A program made the position numbers and the translations under genes. From Eledone cirrhosa (taxonomy: Eukaryota): a DNA stretch of 64,000 nucleotides. Each line of letters begins with the position of its first letter. Position 1 is the stretch's first letter. The stretch lies in the NCBI GenBank assembly GCA_964016885.1, contig OZ024743.1:193316001-193380000 (forward strand). The letters are read 5' to 3'. Under the pieces are notes generated by a model. The model did no database searches. It saw nothing but the letters and a program-made list of their open reading frames with translations, and was not told where the DNA came from. Below are positions 23,871 to 37,964 of this stretch, in pieces.

Positions 23871-24923
23871 CGAGGCGGTGGTTTTGTGAAAGAGATTGGT
23901 AAGAGAAACATATAAGTCGCTGAATTATTATTGGACCATCTAATAATTGTGGCATGTGGGGGCGGGGGTATGGGGGAAGTTAAGGAGAAGGTTATTTATA
24001 TAATCTAAGCCTACAAATGTCACACAGTGAGATTGAACCAGGAATTACATGGTTGAAATGAGAATTTCACACAGCTATGCTTGCATCAGTATATTTGACT
24101 CAACAGTGAGCTGTTTCAATAGACTCTACCCACTTGTGATACAAAGGATGTAATGAATCCATTTATGATTTGGTATGATACAACATACATATAAATATAA
24201 ACAGTGGCTTCAATTAAGTACTAATTCAGTCTGTGATGAGCAGGTCAACCTTTGTTAGCAGGAAAAATGGATGTTAACCCTTTCATGACTGCATTTCTAA
24301 TGAAATGCAATTTATTTTAATTAATTAATGAAGAATTTTGAGGGATTTACTAAAATTATTAATTATTTCATTACTAAGATAGAAACTTAATGTCGGGTTC
24401 TTATATAAAATTATGTTGGAAGATTTTAATTTAAATTGGAAACCTTTAAAATGGGTAGTTTCATTTCATAGAATCAGAGCTGATTTTGGCTAAATTATGA
24501 AGATGATGATATGTGTATGTGAGAGAGAGAGAGAGAAATGGCTCATCTTTTAGATTCAGTCTGAAGTGTGTGAGCATTTGTAGCAAATGCACTATACAGA
24601 TGTTTGAGCAGAGCTTTAATACTTAAAATCTGGATTTTATTATGGATTAACAACGGTTTTAGAAAACTAAAGTGTTAACCAAACAGGTTTTTCAGTGTTT
24701 TTTTCAGAAACTCAACAAAACCCCTGGAAATAAGATATTTTAAGTACAAAATGCTGGTTAGTCAGCCTTGATCCAACAGAAATTTCAAATGGGTGGTATG
24801 ATACACCACTAGCTGGCCATTGGATTTACTGTGTTACAAGCATTCTAATCAGGCACACACAAGTTACATGGTCTCTTTATGTCACTTCCAACTGCAACAT
24901 TATAGGCTAAGAACATTGCTTAA

Positions 24924-25128
24924 CCCTTTAGCATTTACATTACTCTATATTTACTATTATATTTTCACGGTAAAGGCTTTATCTCACATAATATCGAAGC
25001 TACACGACTTTGATATTTATTTTGAGAACAAAACCGTAACATTGGTATGAGCAGCTGGTTATGGCCAGTTTTAACAGAAAGAGTTGAGAGAATTCTGGCT
25101 GGATACAGCCAGTTTAAATGCTAAAGGG
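24924..25128. mobile_element. piggyBac-type MITE
   Basis: TTAA|CCCTTTAGCATTTA ... TAAATGCTAAAGGG|TTAA: 14-bp perfect TIRs with TTAA TSD. Confidence 0.85.
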
Positions 25129-25269
25129 TTAAACCATAGAAAGTACCTCACTGTTGTTGTTTACTTCACTCCCAACAAAACTCCTCCAAATTTTCTTTCT
25201 CTAAACCCTCAGTCATGTGTGAAGACTTCTGATTACTCCAAAATAAAGCAACGAGTCCTGATGGTATTC

Positions 25270-25735
25270 CTTCGATGACCTTCAAATACTGCAATTCAGA
25301 ACTAGTTCTGAAACTCTACATGAATATACCCAGTTTGTTTTTATAAACATACCACAGTGTATCTCAGCACTCAAAAGAGTAGCCTCCAATCCTGTCAACT
25401 ACTGACTTATTTACAATCATCACCTTGCATTTCTTTCCCCTAATCATTGACCACGAATATGGCTTCTGTAAAGCAAGATCTACTGGAGACCTACTGTCCT
25501 ATGTCATTCACCAAAAGTCTCTTGCTCAAGAATTTAGAAAGTAACGTTCTTCAACAATGTCTGACATTGTTGCCCATCTAATCCTTTTCTCATTTTGGGG
25601 ATTACAAGCTTCCTCTCAAACTGAAACATGGTAGCACATCTTAACAAGATCATTCCATCCGATACTATATCAACACTGGTGTTCCCTAAGGTTTGGTAAT
25701 GTCTCCCATACTCTTCCTTCTGTATATTAACTTAC
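25270..25735 (+). pseudogene. CR1/Jockey-group LINE RT relic
   Basis: Hand translation gives HEYGFCKARSTGDLLSY (~25451) and INTGVP*GLVMSPILFLLYIN (~25669-25731). Confidence 0.7.
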
Positions 25736-25894
25736 TTGTTGCCACTTCTCACAACACACATTTATATACAAGTGTAAGCTACATGTGTGAAAAGAGCCAT
25801 GATTTATGGGAATGTGATGGGTGATGAACATGGAGCAGCAGTGAAAGCAAGAGAGAATAGAAATGAGAAGGTGGTAGTGTATGTAAAATGGTAA

Positions 25895-26083
25895 TGCTGG
25901 TGCCAAGAAAAAATGCATCCTGTAAGGTGGTTGGTATCAGGAAGGGCATCCAGCTTTAGGAACTATGCCAAATATGAAACATATCAGTAAGATGTAGTCA
26001 CTTGACCTGTTTAGCTCCAGAACATGACCTGTCTAACCAATGTCAGTATGGAAAGAGGATGTAAAAACGATGATGAAGATGAT
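25895..26083 (+). mobile_element. Old RTE 3'-UTR fragment
   Basis: ggtggttggtatcaggaagggcatccagc...gatgatgaagatgat. Confidence 0.7.
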
Positions 26084-27634
26084 ATACACACATCTGAGAG
26101 CACATCCAAAACAAAGTCAATGGAACAATCAGTTAAGATTTACTAACAAACATACTTCAATAACTATCCTAGAGACATGTTTCCTCTCCCTGCCTCTTCT
26201 ATTTCGACTACAAACGCCTCCACCTACTTTGGACTAGTTAACTGCAATACCACACCCAGGAACACCTCTTTGTAAAGAATAAAGTACTGGACTAACGACT
26301 CATAGATCGTGGTTTCAGTTCCCTTATCTGTCAGATCAGATCATATGGGATGTTCTTTTTTTTATAGACAGTCGTCCTATATAGAGGAAACTGATTTCTC
26401 AACACACTTGGTGTCACAAAGCACAAGCCCTTACATAACTGCCCAGAATATTAACAGGCATTTACATTGTCACTAAACATACATGTAAAGAAGTTTAAAT
26501 CCATGTTAACTGCAATGTTACTGACATTTTCATATAGAAAGACAGTTTTGAAAGTTTTTCATCATGAATAGTTATCCTTATTCCAAATATAAAAACAACA
26601 GCTAAAATACACAAATCCCACTTGATGAATGAAGGCCAACTACTTCGAACCAAAGACTACCAATAAAATAGGAATATTTGGTGTAAAACTAAAACCAAAC
26701 TACAAAAGGAAAAAAATCAAGCGAAAATAAACTGCAAAACTCGAATAATGTGCTGTTAAACAAGAGATAAAAGTAAAAACTTTCTGTTTATAAAAATGAA
26801 AATAACTTAGTATATATTTATTTTCAAAACAATGTTCCAGTTAATCACATGCTTATTTCTGTTCCAAATATAGAAACATTCCTATTGCGAATAGAATAGA
26901 ATTAAAAACAACAACATAAACATAGTACTGTTATGTCTTTTAAACAAGCTTTGACTTATTTTCATTTAATCAGTCGACATACATACACCAGTTAACAAGC
27001 AAATTAAGGGAAGAATAAATAGAAGGTAAATGAAATAAGATAAGGTTGTAAGTACTTAAAATGACGCTTTAGAAGGTATATATAACGGAAATGTGTAGCT
27101 ATATAGTTTTAAAGATGTTTTGAGTTGCTTGTGCTTGTTGTCGAATCATTTGTATATCTTTCATCGACACATGATTATTCACTGACATCTCTAAATAAAC
27201 AAGTTGCTGACAATCACATCGCATGTTGCGAATAATCACGATCTCTAAAGCTGCATATATAAAATGAAATTAAAAATATAACATACGAAGTAAACTTGCG
27301 ATATTTCACGAGACGACGATCTAGACATATCAATCTCTAATTTCACCCTACCATCTTTAATGAAATAAAATAAAAAAACATAATACAGTAGATAAAAAGT
27401 CAAGATGGTTACATTTTCAACGAGTTTGATCAGAAGCATGACCTAAAGCTAAACAATAACCACGAAAGGAAGGACACATTAGGTAATGTATTCCTAGATA
27501 CACTATGCCTACAAAACAAAAACAAAACAAAAAGACGAAATGGTTACAACTTAAGCAGTTTTGCTTGTCCCGGACTCACTCGAGCCTAAACAACAACTGT
27601 GACTTATAAGTTTACAATTATTATCCATACCCAA

Positions 27635-27725
27635 ATAATTGTTTCTACTTTTGGCACAAGGCCAGCAATCACTCAGTACATTACTGGTACTTTATTTTAT
27701 CGACTCCCGTAAGGATGAAAGGCAA
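27635..27725 (-). mobile_element. SINE 3' half (a second one lies at ~28090-28190)
   Basis: aataattgtttctacttttggcacaaggccagcaat...actggtactttattttatcgac. Confidence 0.8.
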
Positions 27726-29789
27726 TAATATACACAAATGTTTGCGAGCCAATGAGAGATCGTCTCCACGAGGTCGCTCAATCGTAATTGTAGCCAAATT
27801 TCCTCAACACACTTTTAATGTTTTAGAAACGAAAGGACACTGGACAGTTGCGGAGTTGTACTTGTTTGACAACTGATCTGAGAGTGCGTTGAAACTGAAG
27901 CAATTATACTGTGGAAACAAACAGTGTTATATTCATTTTTCATTTACTTTCGTGTCAACATTTTCGCCACACCTCTGTGACCTCGACACCGACACAATTC
28001 CACTACAGTTACAGTAGAATTGTTAGTGATCAGGTCGCAGAAGTGAGACGAAAATGTTGACTGAACAGTGTAACAGTAGATATACAAAATAATTGTTTCT
28101 ACATTTGGCACAAGGTCAGCAATTATCCCAGTGTATTACTGGTACTTTATTTTATCGACTCCGTAAGGATGAAAGGTAAAGTTAACCGTGGCAACAGCTG
28201 AAACCACTTTTGTTCCGTAATCTTCTCAAGCAAGGCTAGATTGAGACCAAAAAGATGTTTGCTTTGTATATATGAGGAAATGAATAGTTAATAAACATCT
28301 ATACGCATACGTACAGATGCGTGAGTTAATTATACCCAAATTGTACGCCAGTACACGAATGAGCGCCAGTATATAAATAGAGTGAATACGACAATCAGTT
28401 AATTTATCTTATTCTTGATATTATATTACATTATATATCAATATCCTTATTTATGTATGTATCTCGGACAATCTCAACGAGTGAAGGAGATCCTTGAGTT
28501 TAGCGTTTTCCACTTTTGCTGATCTGAAGCTGACATTAAAATGAAAGTAAAACGCTAAACTCAAATATTGCCTCCTGTGAATTATTACGAAGGTCATCGT
28601 TTCATATGTACATAAAACGACTATATAAATATATATATATACACACACACATGATGAAATTAACAGATATATTGCGTACGAATTAACGTGACAAAGAAAC
28701 AATGAATTTTTTAAAACACAAGAAAATGTCACGACAAAACAAATAAAAAGGCGGTGGGGTGGGGGCTTTAACCTGTAGCACTGAAATATCCTTCAAATAA
28801 TACCTGTCTTAAAAATTGGAGACGTTATCAAGGATAATGTAGTATTGGATACATAACTTTAAAAAGAAGGAATGGTCACGCCCGGAGTACCTGCGTAAAC
28901 AGGGCTGACCTCGAGATAAGCAACAATTATTTTGGCCTAATTACTAGAATGTCGTAATATTTTCATTTGAGCAGACCTATGATCAAAAGCTTTCTAGCCG
29001 TGACTATACTGCCTCTCCTTTACTTTTTCTTTTCAGAAATAGTGTACCAAGGAATGTATTATCCAGTGTGTTGTTCACTTTTAAAACAACTGAGTTGTGA
29101 TTTGAGGAAGAGCTGATTGCTATTTCTAGTTGGTCAAACGACAAAGTAAAGGTTCTCTTGTTAGCTCTATACCTGGAATCTCAAAGTCAAGGACTCCACA
29201 GGGCCATTACGTCCTAGGATGGAGGCACAGCGGACCAAAAGTGAGATGAGGTGTGTGTGTGCGGGGGGGGGGGGGGCGATTTCCATTAGTTATAATGCTA
29301 ATCTGCAAACAGCTGATAGGCTGCTATTTATTATTTTTTTTCATCAAAACGAATATGTTTATGATATTAAGTGGTACGAGTGAATTAGTACAAAATGAAC
29401 TAATTCATATATTCGTCGCGAAAAGTAGTTTGCGGGTCGTGTGATTGAGACCCCATGCTCTATACTATCAGTGATAGATTAACAAAACGAAAGACAATGT
29501 TGGTGAGGCTTGAACTCAGAACCGAGGCAACGAACTAGAGAATCTCTTATGTAGTCTGGTTTAAAAGAAAAGTATGGAATGAAGAAGGCATTCTTGTTCC
29601 TGGTAAAGGTATTGGCGGTGTAAAAGAAATGGATTCGCTGATTTAATTTCATGACATTGAATAACAATAGTAGTAGTAATTTCTTTTGACTAAGCACAAG
29701 GCTTCATAAAACCTCAGCAAACAACATACAGAAATAGAAACTGTATTGTCTGAAGCTTATCGCAATTCTACACCATTCTGTAACAATAA

Positions 29790-29940
29790 TAACTTCGTAC
29801 AGAGGCACAAGGGCGGTATGGGTAGTCCATTATATTGACTCCAATACTTGACTGGTACTTTATTTTATCCACCTTAAAGGATGAAAGGCAAAGTTGACAT
29901 TGGCGGAATTTGAATTCAGAACGAAGAGGACCGTAACTAA
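29790..29940 (-). mobile_element. SINE, degenerate
   Basis: actggtactttattttatc...ggatgaaaggcaaagttgac...atttgaattcagaac. Confidence 0.7.
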
Positions 29941-30676
29941 ATCTCGAACCTAGGCACAAAGGGTGATATATAAGAGCAGAATCGATTAAATCGACTCCAG
30001 AAGAATTAAATGTGAAACAACTCCAATGGGATTTGGAATCAAAACTCAACTAAATACGGTCAAACCGTTCGTCTGCTGCTTTAGCTAAACTGCCTTTCAT
30101 AATGAAAATGTTTTTGTTTTTTTTAATACAGGTATAAGGTCCCTGATTTTGGGCGAGGGTATTGTCGATATAGTAAATAGAGCGCAACACATGCATTACT
30201 TAATTTTGGTTGGTCATTTCCCACCCACCCTATTTTTTTTCTCGTTGGTTTATCTAATAACGTTTATATTCTAAATTATTAATATTCATAAAAGTCGGGC
30301 TTTTATTTCTATTTAAAAAGTGCTGGTATCAATAGTAATTTCCAAAATGACAAGGCTGGCTTTACTGCTGGACTTTGCTACGAACAAGGAAATTATCCAT
30401 AGTCATAAAATTATTAATTATACAAACGTGAAAAAATTTATTTAGTAATATAAGCGTATTATTACCTTGACCAGTCTAGTACTTAAACTGGCGACCCCGG
30501 GAAGAATGAATGGCAAAGTTGATCCCGTCGGAAGATAAACTTAGAAGAGAAAGGGTCGTAACCAAATACCACAAAGCATGTCAGCCGGTCTAACGAATCT
30601 GCCATTTATCAGTTATATAACAATAACACAACAAAAACAATAATTGTATATGAAGTGTACTTACTGTTTGTCTGTG

Positions 30677-30679
<3 letters not shown>

Positions 30680-30733
<54 letters not shown>
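30680..30733. repeat. (TA)n microsatellite
   Basis: Direct observation. Confidence 0.97.
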
Positions 30734-30742
<9 letters not shown>

Positions 30743-32079
30743 TTGTTGGTATAAGAATCACAGGTTTAATGGTACGATGTAACGATAGAATTAAGGACGA
30801 TTTTAGGTAAGCAAGAAAGGTAGTGCCAATCACAATGACCGTGTAGAAAATATACTTTGTTCATATGATGGGATCTTCGCACAGCTATGTAGTACTTAGG
30901 CTTGCACATCATGCCTAAGCACGATATCATAATTTTAATAATCAACAATAATAATAATAATTTAAAATATACACTTTCGAGTATAACAACAGGTGAGAAC
31001 CAAATTGCAATAAATAAATAAAAACAAGTCAATGGTTTGGTATAGAGACAATTCTCCAGGCACCGTCTCTATCAGTTTAGTAGGTAAATTTTGTGGTATT
31101 AAGTCGTGTGTATTGAGAATATCGCTAACAGTTTTCATAGGTAATAGTCAAAATTAAATCCTAAATCGCGTAACAATATTTAAACGTGCTTTCATATAGA
31201 ATCCAAATTGGTTATTGTTCTCTGCTCTTCTAATGGGTTTGCTTTTATCTTTAATTCCGTTTATTATACATAGATTGGTGTATGCTTTTCAACCCTTTCG
31301 ATGAAAAGGTGATACTTTGATATGTTGTGAAATATCGTTTGCTTAATATCTCGTTTGATTGAGTCAAAAATTCACTATACAGGTGTGTATATGTACATGT
31401 GATACACAAATAAAAGCTAGTCTATGCATAAAACACTTTGAAGAAAAAAAACGGATGAAGACAACAGACGAGGCCAAATTATTACATTACATACAAATAT
31501 AGTAAATTATTGCGATATAGGTTGCTGTTACTTTTTTTTAACTAACAAATAATAATCGACACTAAATGATTGCATATACTTTCTCATTTACTTGAAGGGA
31601 TTCCTCGCATATTCTGGTCAGCACACTCGTAACGCTGGTTTTAGTTAATAGAAAAAAGAAATACAAGTCGGAGGGTTTTTCGAAATTAATTGAAAAAAAA
31701 TGGAGGTTTTTCATTCAATAAAATTAAGATTTTTTTTTTGTTTTTCAACTTTTTGATTGAAATAAACGCTTATCTTAATGAGCCCCCGTTTTTCTCGGCC
31801 CGCTATTAAGAGACATCATTTGATTAATTTAAGTGGCGACACTGAACGGGAAAATTTGAGAGTAATGAAGGGAGATAATCTGAATATCTATTTTTTTTGC
31901 GTTTTTATTCTTTCTAATTGGCATTACCTCCCTTTATTTCTATGATGATTTAAACAAAAACACATTTCGAAGAGATAGAAACGATTTAGAGAAACGTTAT
32001 TTCAATACTGGACGAATCGTTTTCCAGGATTTAAAGACACGTTATTTCAAAGAGATAGAAACGATTTAAAGAACCAACG

Positions 32080-34450
32080 TTCTATGATAAGTACGAAGGC
32101 TGCGTGGTAAGAGCTAAGGCACGAGGGGACAAAAGCCGTTCAATGAGCCCGTGTGTCGGAGGCTCGGCGTTGCAACAAAGCCACAATTCGATTTTGGGAA
32201 CACTACGACGGGCGCATTATACTCGTTCCCATGCAGATGTGTGCGGCTTTTCAACAACACTTTGCCTGACTGTTCGGGGGCGGTGGCGGTCTGTAGCGCG
32301 GGATGGACTTCACAACCTATTTCGATGGCCTGCCGCGGTTGTTGGCGACGGAAGCGGAGTGTTGCGAAAAGCCAATAACAGCCGCTGAGATACAGGAAGC
32401 ATTAGCCGACTGCACGAGGGGCAAATCACCTGGTTTGGACGGTCTTCTCTACGAGCTTTACGTTTACATGCTAGACTTGTTTGGTGACCTCTTGGCAGAT
32501 GTCTACTACAACTGGCAACAGAATGGGAGAATTTCCTGTTCGGTGAGCCATGGAGTGGTGGTACTGCTGAGAAAAGACCTGAACAAGGGAGACAATATAG
32601 ATCATTTTGAGGCCCATAACTCTGCTAAATGCAGAATTCAAAATTTTGACCAAGGTGTTAGCAACGAGTTTGGCCCTTATTGTCGGAGATCTGGTAGGGG
32701 AGGCACAGACATGTGCTATTCCCAAAAGATCCATCCACGACAACCTCATTCTCATGTGATACATCATAGAGAGGGTGGCTATAAAATCTGGCATGGGTGG
32801 GGCACTGATCAACTTGGATCAATCCAGAGTGTTCAATAGGGTCGACCATTGGTACCTGGTGGTGGTCCTCAAAGCAGCAGGCTTTGGGCCGGTTTTCAGA
32901 GGATGCTATGCATAGTGACAATTGCTCTGTGGTCAGATTGAACAGTCACTTCTCGGAACCGTTCAACATCATGTGTTTGGTTTGCCAAGGCTGTCCCCTT
33001 TCATTCCTGTTGTATGTATTGACTCTCGAGCCACTACTACACAAATTAGAGACGTTGAGGGGCATCCTGCACTAACTAGGACATAGACGATCTGTGTTGG
33101 CTTATGCCGACGATGTCACAGCGCTGATGGAAGTGAAAATCAATCAGGAAAAATCTGTGAGCCTGCAACTCAGCATATGGAGGGGCAAGTCCATGCATCT
33201 AACAGTCTCGTCGGATGCTAGATGGATGGGCTGGCTAAATTGCTCGGGGTCTGGTTTGCTCCTGACTTCCAGGTGGACAGAAATTGGGATGAGGTGACGA
33301 ACAGATTGAGCAATCTCACTCGGAAATGGGTTAAGAGAAACTGTCCCTGAAAATACTACCGTTATTTGCTATCACTTGACCGTTGTGCCTTGTCCCAAAC
33401 CCTGTCTGACTGCACTGGAGCATTTGTTCTTCCGATTCTTGTGGAAGGGATACATTCCAATGGTCAAGCAGTCCATCTACTGTCAATAGCTCCCGCGTGG
33501 AGGACTGGAAATGCTATGACTAATGATGTACAGACATGTGCTGAGGCTACGACATCTCCATCTTTTCCTTACATTGAATAGGTGTGGTTACCGTTCACCA
33601 GATGCATGTTCCCCCAGCTCATATCCTTAATGGAGCTACAATCCTGGGTCAAGCGGAGACTGAGGGAGAGGGCTTGGAAACTGGAATGTCTTGGTGCTTA
33701 CAGCCCTCCAACAATTAGGCAATACGATCGGTGGAAACTCCATCTTGGCATTCTACAGTGGGTTAGTGGCAGATAAAAGCGACAATGTTCTTGGGGAAAC
33801 TCTAGATGTTGACAAAAATCAACTAGCCACTCTTTTTGTGAGGACTCCATGGATAATTTCCAGAAATCCCTGGCCTGGCAGTGCTACCGAGGACCTTTGC
33901 CAGTTCGAGATAAACTCTACAGACATGGAAGTGCCATCTGCCGGGCCTTTTCCGAGATGCACGCAGGGCAACGAAACCGTCCTGCACACAATCGTCCAGT
34001 GTCCAAGTATTGCTGACTTGGGTTATGTCAAATGCCTGTTGTCGTGTGTAAGACAAATTCGGTTATCAACTGAGTCCATTGGGAAGATTGTCATGCCGCC
34101 TTCTTTTAATGAAGGGCAGGCTGTTTTTATTCCTTGTGACCATAGTGACAGAGGTTGTATGATGAACATGCTTGAAAGGTTTGAAGATGAGCACTTTCCT
34201 CTTTGGAGAAGCCCTGATTAACTTCTTCAGGTTCCACTTGAGGAAGAAAATCAAGGTAGAGAGAGAAGTGCTGCCTTCAAAGCAATTTGTTGAAAAGGGG
34301 GTAAGAGAGGCAAGCATGGCCCAAGTGTGTGCCTGTAGATTGGAGGAGTACTACTGGGGTAGGGCATCCGTGGTTTTATGGGATTTTTTCCATGAATGAC
34401 CCTTGAATGTCTTCTCCCTATTGAGGAATCTTCTTTGTTTTAATTTCATT
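32080..34450 (+). mobile_element. L1/Tx1-clade LINE, 5'-truncated and degenerate
   Basis: PITAAEIQEAL...GKSPGLDGLLYELY, RPITLLNAEFKIL, QGCPLSFLLY, AYADDV and a C-terminal CCHC-type remnant (RCTQGNETVLHTIVQC). Confidence 0.88.
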
Positions 34451-35894
34451 ATCTTTTTTTTTAACACTGTTAAAATTTGTTTACATGCAAAACCCACACA
34501 CCAACACACACACATACACATATTCTATGTTTTCGTCCTGTACTGTCATAATGCTTTTCTTGATGTAAACCCTTTGTGGTAAGTAAAGAAACCATTATTT
34601 CATCCACTTCCATGTTGGAGTTAATCCTAACTGAAAAGGAGAGAATATTGCTCACCAAAGAGAAACAAACACGGACAGATGAAAAAATATGGCTGACGTA
34701 AAGTAAAAATATTTAAGCAGTGTAGTATGACTAAGGAATTCTGAAACTTGAAGGAAAAAGATTCAGCAAATAGACTCACCACAGCTTTGTATAAACTTCA
34801 AAGAGCACAAAACAACACATTTCATATCATTATATACTGAGAACAGATCCCACCTGGAGACCACATACATAATAAAACAAAAATACTAAAGACGAAGAAC
34901 AATTAGTACATGTGAGGGCCAAAGTTTGGTATTGCAGTCAACTCCAATCATCACAGTCCCTCACAAAACGCATATACTTGCCTCAAACAAACAGACACAT
35001 CTACAGTATTCCAGAATGCTATTCAGAATTCTATCTCTTCCATTCAGTTTAGACAAACATAAAGCACACACACAAGAGTAGCTGCACCTAAAAATCTGTA
35101 TTGGAATGTGTTGCACCAAGTAAAGAGGAAGAGAAGCTGTCACATTCAAACTAGTTTTAGCTTATCTGCCTACACTGTGGTAACTGCCAGAATAAACTGA
35201 AATATAAAATGTACTCGACAGAAAAAGTACATGACCACACAACAATACTGCCTCACCTAAAATTACAGCAATTTGGTAGAGTCTGTAGAATGTCAGATAG
35301 AATTCTTTGTGGTCTTTACTCTAGTTATTTCTCTGTGCTCTGAGTTCATATCCTGCTGAGGTCAACTGTGCTTATCATCCTTTTGAGATCAATAAAAAAA
35401 GTACCAATCCAGTACTGGGACTGGTTTTTGCTATGTATCCTTTTCTCTTCCCTTCTTTCTTTCTTCCTCTATCTTTCCCTGGAAGAAATCAGCTGTATTC
35501 AGATCCAGTTTTTAAAATGTCATGGCAGCACCCCTACAATATCATCAGGAGTTTCAGGTTCATACATACATCTCAGCATGGACAGAGGTATTGTTGATCT
35601 AGAATTCTAGATTTTTAAATTGAATCTAGTTATTTGCCTGACTACCTAAGACTGCTTGATCATAACTGACTTGGTACTACAGTCAACAGGCTTATAAAAA
35701 TAGACTGGATTGTGGTGAAAGTATATATCCAGATTATCTCACTCTGCTACATACAAATAACCCCTCCATGCTAGAGTGCTATTTGGTCCTTAGCTAGGCA
35801 GGGCCATGGTATATTTGGAACAGTAGATTTTACTCAGACTACTGTATGCTATATCTTTCCTTGATCAGAATTAGCCTGGTAATATACAAAATAT

Positions 35895-36814
35895 AGATGC
35901 AAACTATGGGTACACAAGAGTTGTAGTGGGATCTCAGGAAGTTTAGTAAGAATGTAGACTTTACATGTAGCAGTAGCACCGGGACAGTAAGCAGCAAACG
36001 ACTACAGGACACAAGCATCACCAAACTCTGGGAGGGCTCTGTAGAAACAGTAGACAGCTTTTGCTACCTAGGTGACTGAATTAGCAGTGGAGGTAGGTGT
36101 TCTGAAAGTACAGTAACCAGGGTAAGAATGGGATGGAAGAAGATTAAGGAGCTACTACCACTGCTGGCTGCAAAAGACTTTTCCTTCAAACTGAAAGGCA
36201 GACTGTATGATACGTGCATACGAACAGCAATTTTGCATAGTAGTGAGACTTGGGTGTTGTGTGCAGAAGACTTGTGTATATTAGAAAGAAATGAAGCTTG
36301 TATGCTCCGATGGATGTGTAATAGTAATATACGTGAACGGCAAAGCATAAACGAATTGAGAGAGACTTTAAGTGGGGAGACCCAAGAAGACCTGGGATGA
36401 GGTGATAAAAGCTGATCTTGCCCAATTGCACCTCTCAAAGGTGATGACACAGGACTGAAACCTCTGGTGTTACGCAGTAATACAGAAGAACCGAGTTCTC
36501 ACGGGTACAAGCCAAAGCTGAAGCATATAGACAGTATTGCCCCACCCCTTCCTACTTTAAAGTGGTCGTGTAGGTGTCACGACAAAAAAATCACCCAGTC
36601 CACACTGTAATGTGGTTGTGTAGGCACCATGGTAAAAAGCACCCAGTACTCACTGTAAATGAGGTTGGTGTTAGGAAGGGCATCCAACCATATAAACCAA
36701 GCCAAAATCAGTTCTGTATGAGCAACACAATATCACCTGACCTGGGATTGCTCACAAGACAACTTGTCTAACCCATGCTAGCATGAAGAATGGACGGTGA
36801 TGATGATGATGATA
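35895..36814 (+). mobile_element. RTE LINE, 5'-truncated, internally deleted
   Basis: GWKKIKELLPLL...SETWVL...MLRWMC, modular 3' UTR and (GAT)n tail. Confidence 0.9.
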
Positions 36815-36999
36815 AGTTTATTGAACTGAATTTTGTCAACACAAACCATTAGGTTTTTGTGACTCTAATGTTTTTACTACATTATCTATTAGTTATTCTG
36901 GTTGATAGTTGTTATCCACATCTATTTTTCTGATTAGTTGTTGAACCATTAGCATCTTATTGTAAAGAAAACTTGTGTATGCTAACAACATTTCGATTT

Positions 37000-37250
37000 G
37001 TTGTCATGACAAAAAAGCACCCAATCCATACTCTAAAGTGATTGTGTAGGCGCCACAGTAAAAAGCACCCAATACTCATTCTAAATGAGGTTGGTGTTAG
37101 GAAGGGCATCCAGCTGTAGAAATAAAGCCAAAATCAGTTCTGTATGAGCAAGACATGTTCACCTGACCTGGCATTGCTCACAACAGGACAACCCATCTAA
37201 CCCATGCTAGCATGGAAGAATAGACGTAAAACAGTGATGATGATGATGAT
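37000..37250 (+). mobile_element. RTE 3'-UTR-only insertion
   Basis: Same UTR modules as 36570-36814, with (GAT)5 tail. Confidence 0.85.
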
Positions 37251-37427
37251 AGTTATCAATACAGACCATCAGAGTTGTGAAGCCTAGTGTATGTAGCGAC
37301 TTTGCAAGTTTATTGTTTATGATTAGAATGAGTGAAGTACAATTCTATTTTCTTGATATGTATAGAGAATGATTTCCTGAAAGGTCTCAAGATACAGAAA
37401 GGACTGCTAGTGAGTTATAAGAAAATA

Positions 37428-37620
37428 CGAGAGTCAGCTTAAAAGTTCATAAGCTGATCAAGACACTCTCATGGAATGCCCAAATGAGGTTTATTTTTCA
37501 TCATATTTACTGGAAAGAAACAATGCAGTTATTAATAAGAAGGATTGAAATTAATGCATGCAAGATTTCACAGGTCTCTTTCATAGTCAGCCTATGAATT
37601 TGTTCAGCCAACCACCCTCA
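37428..37620. mobile_element. Mariner-type internally deleted element (MITE)
   Basis: TA|CGAGAGTCAGCTTAAAAGTTCATAAGCTGA ... TCAGCCTATGAATTTGTTCAGCCAACCACCCTCA|TA: imperfect TIRs with TA TSD. Confidence 0.7.
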
Positions 37621-37964
37621 TAAGTCTCTGATAGATCTGGCTGTAGGGAAGCCATACTGGTGGTCACTGAAAATAGTGAGACATTTTGGGTAATTGCTTA
37701 TAATAGTTTCCATTTGGAATGCTAGAGGTGAGAGCAACACATTAGTAATTGACAGAAGTCAGAAAGATTACCTTTCATATGGTAGAAGAATTTAATTTAA
37801 AACTTAAAGATCATCATTACTATTGGTCTTAATTACTAGTAGTTAAAAAACATAATTCCATTCCAAAACAAAGTAAATAGTAAGTTTATTCTCAAACTTT
37901 TCATAGAAAAGGACCAAAATATAAGTACTTAGCTTGTATAATATCCTTATTAAAGGACATTTAT

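Noticed and set aside
27405-27452. Possible first coding exon (tttag|gtcATGcttctg...|gtaacc) on the minus strand
   Set aside because: Splice signals are weak, the peptide is unrecognisable and no downstream exons were identified.
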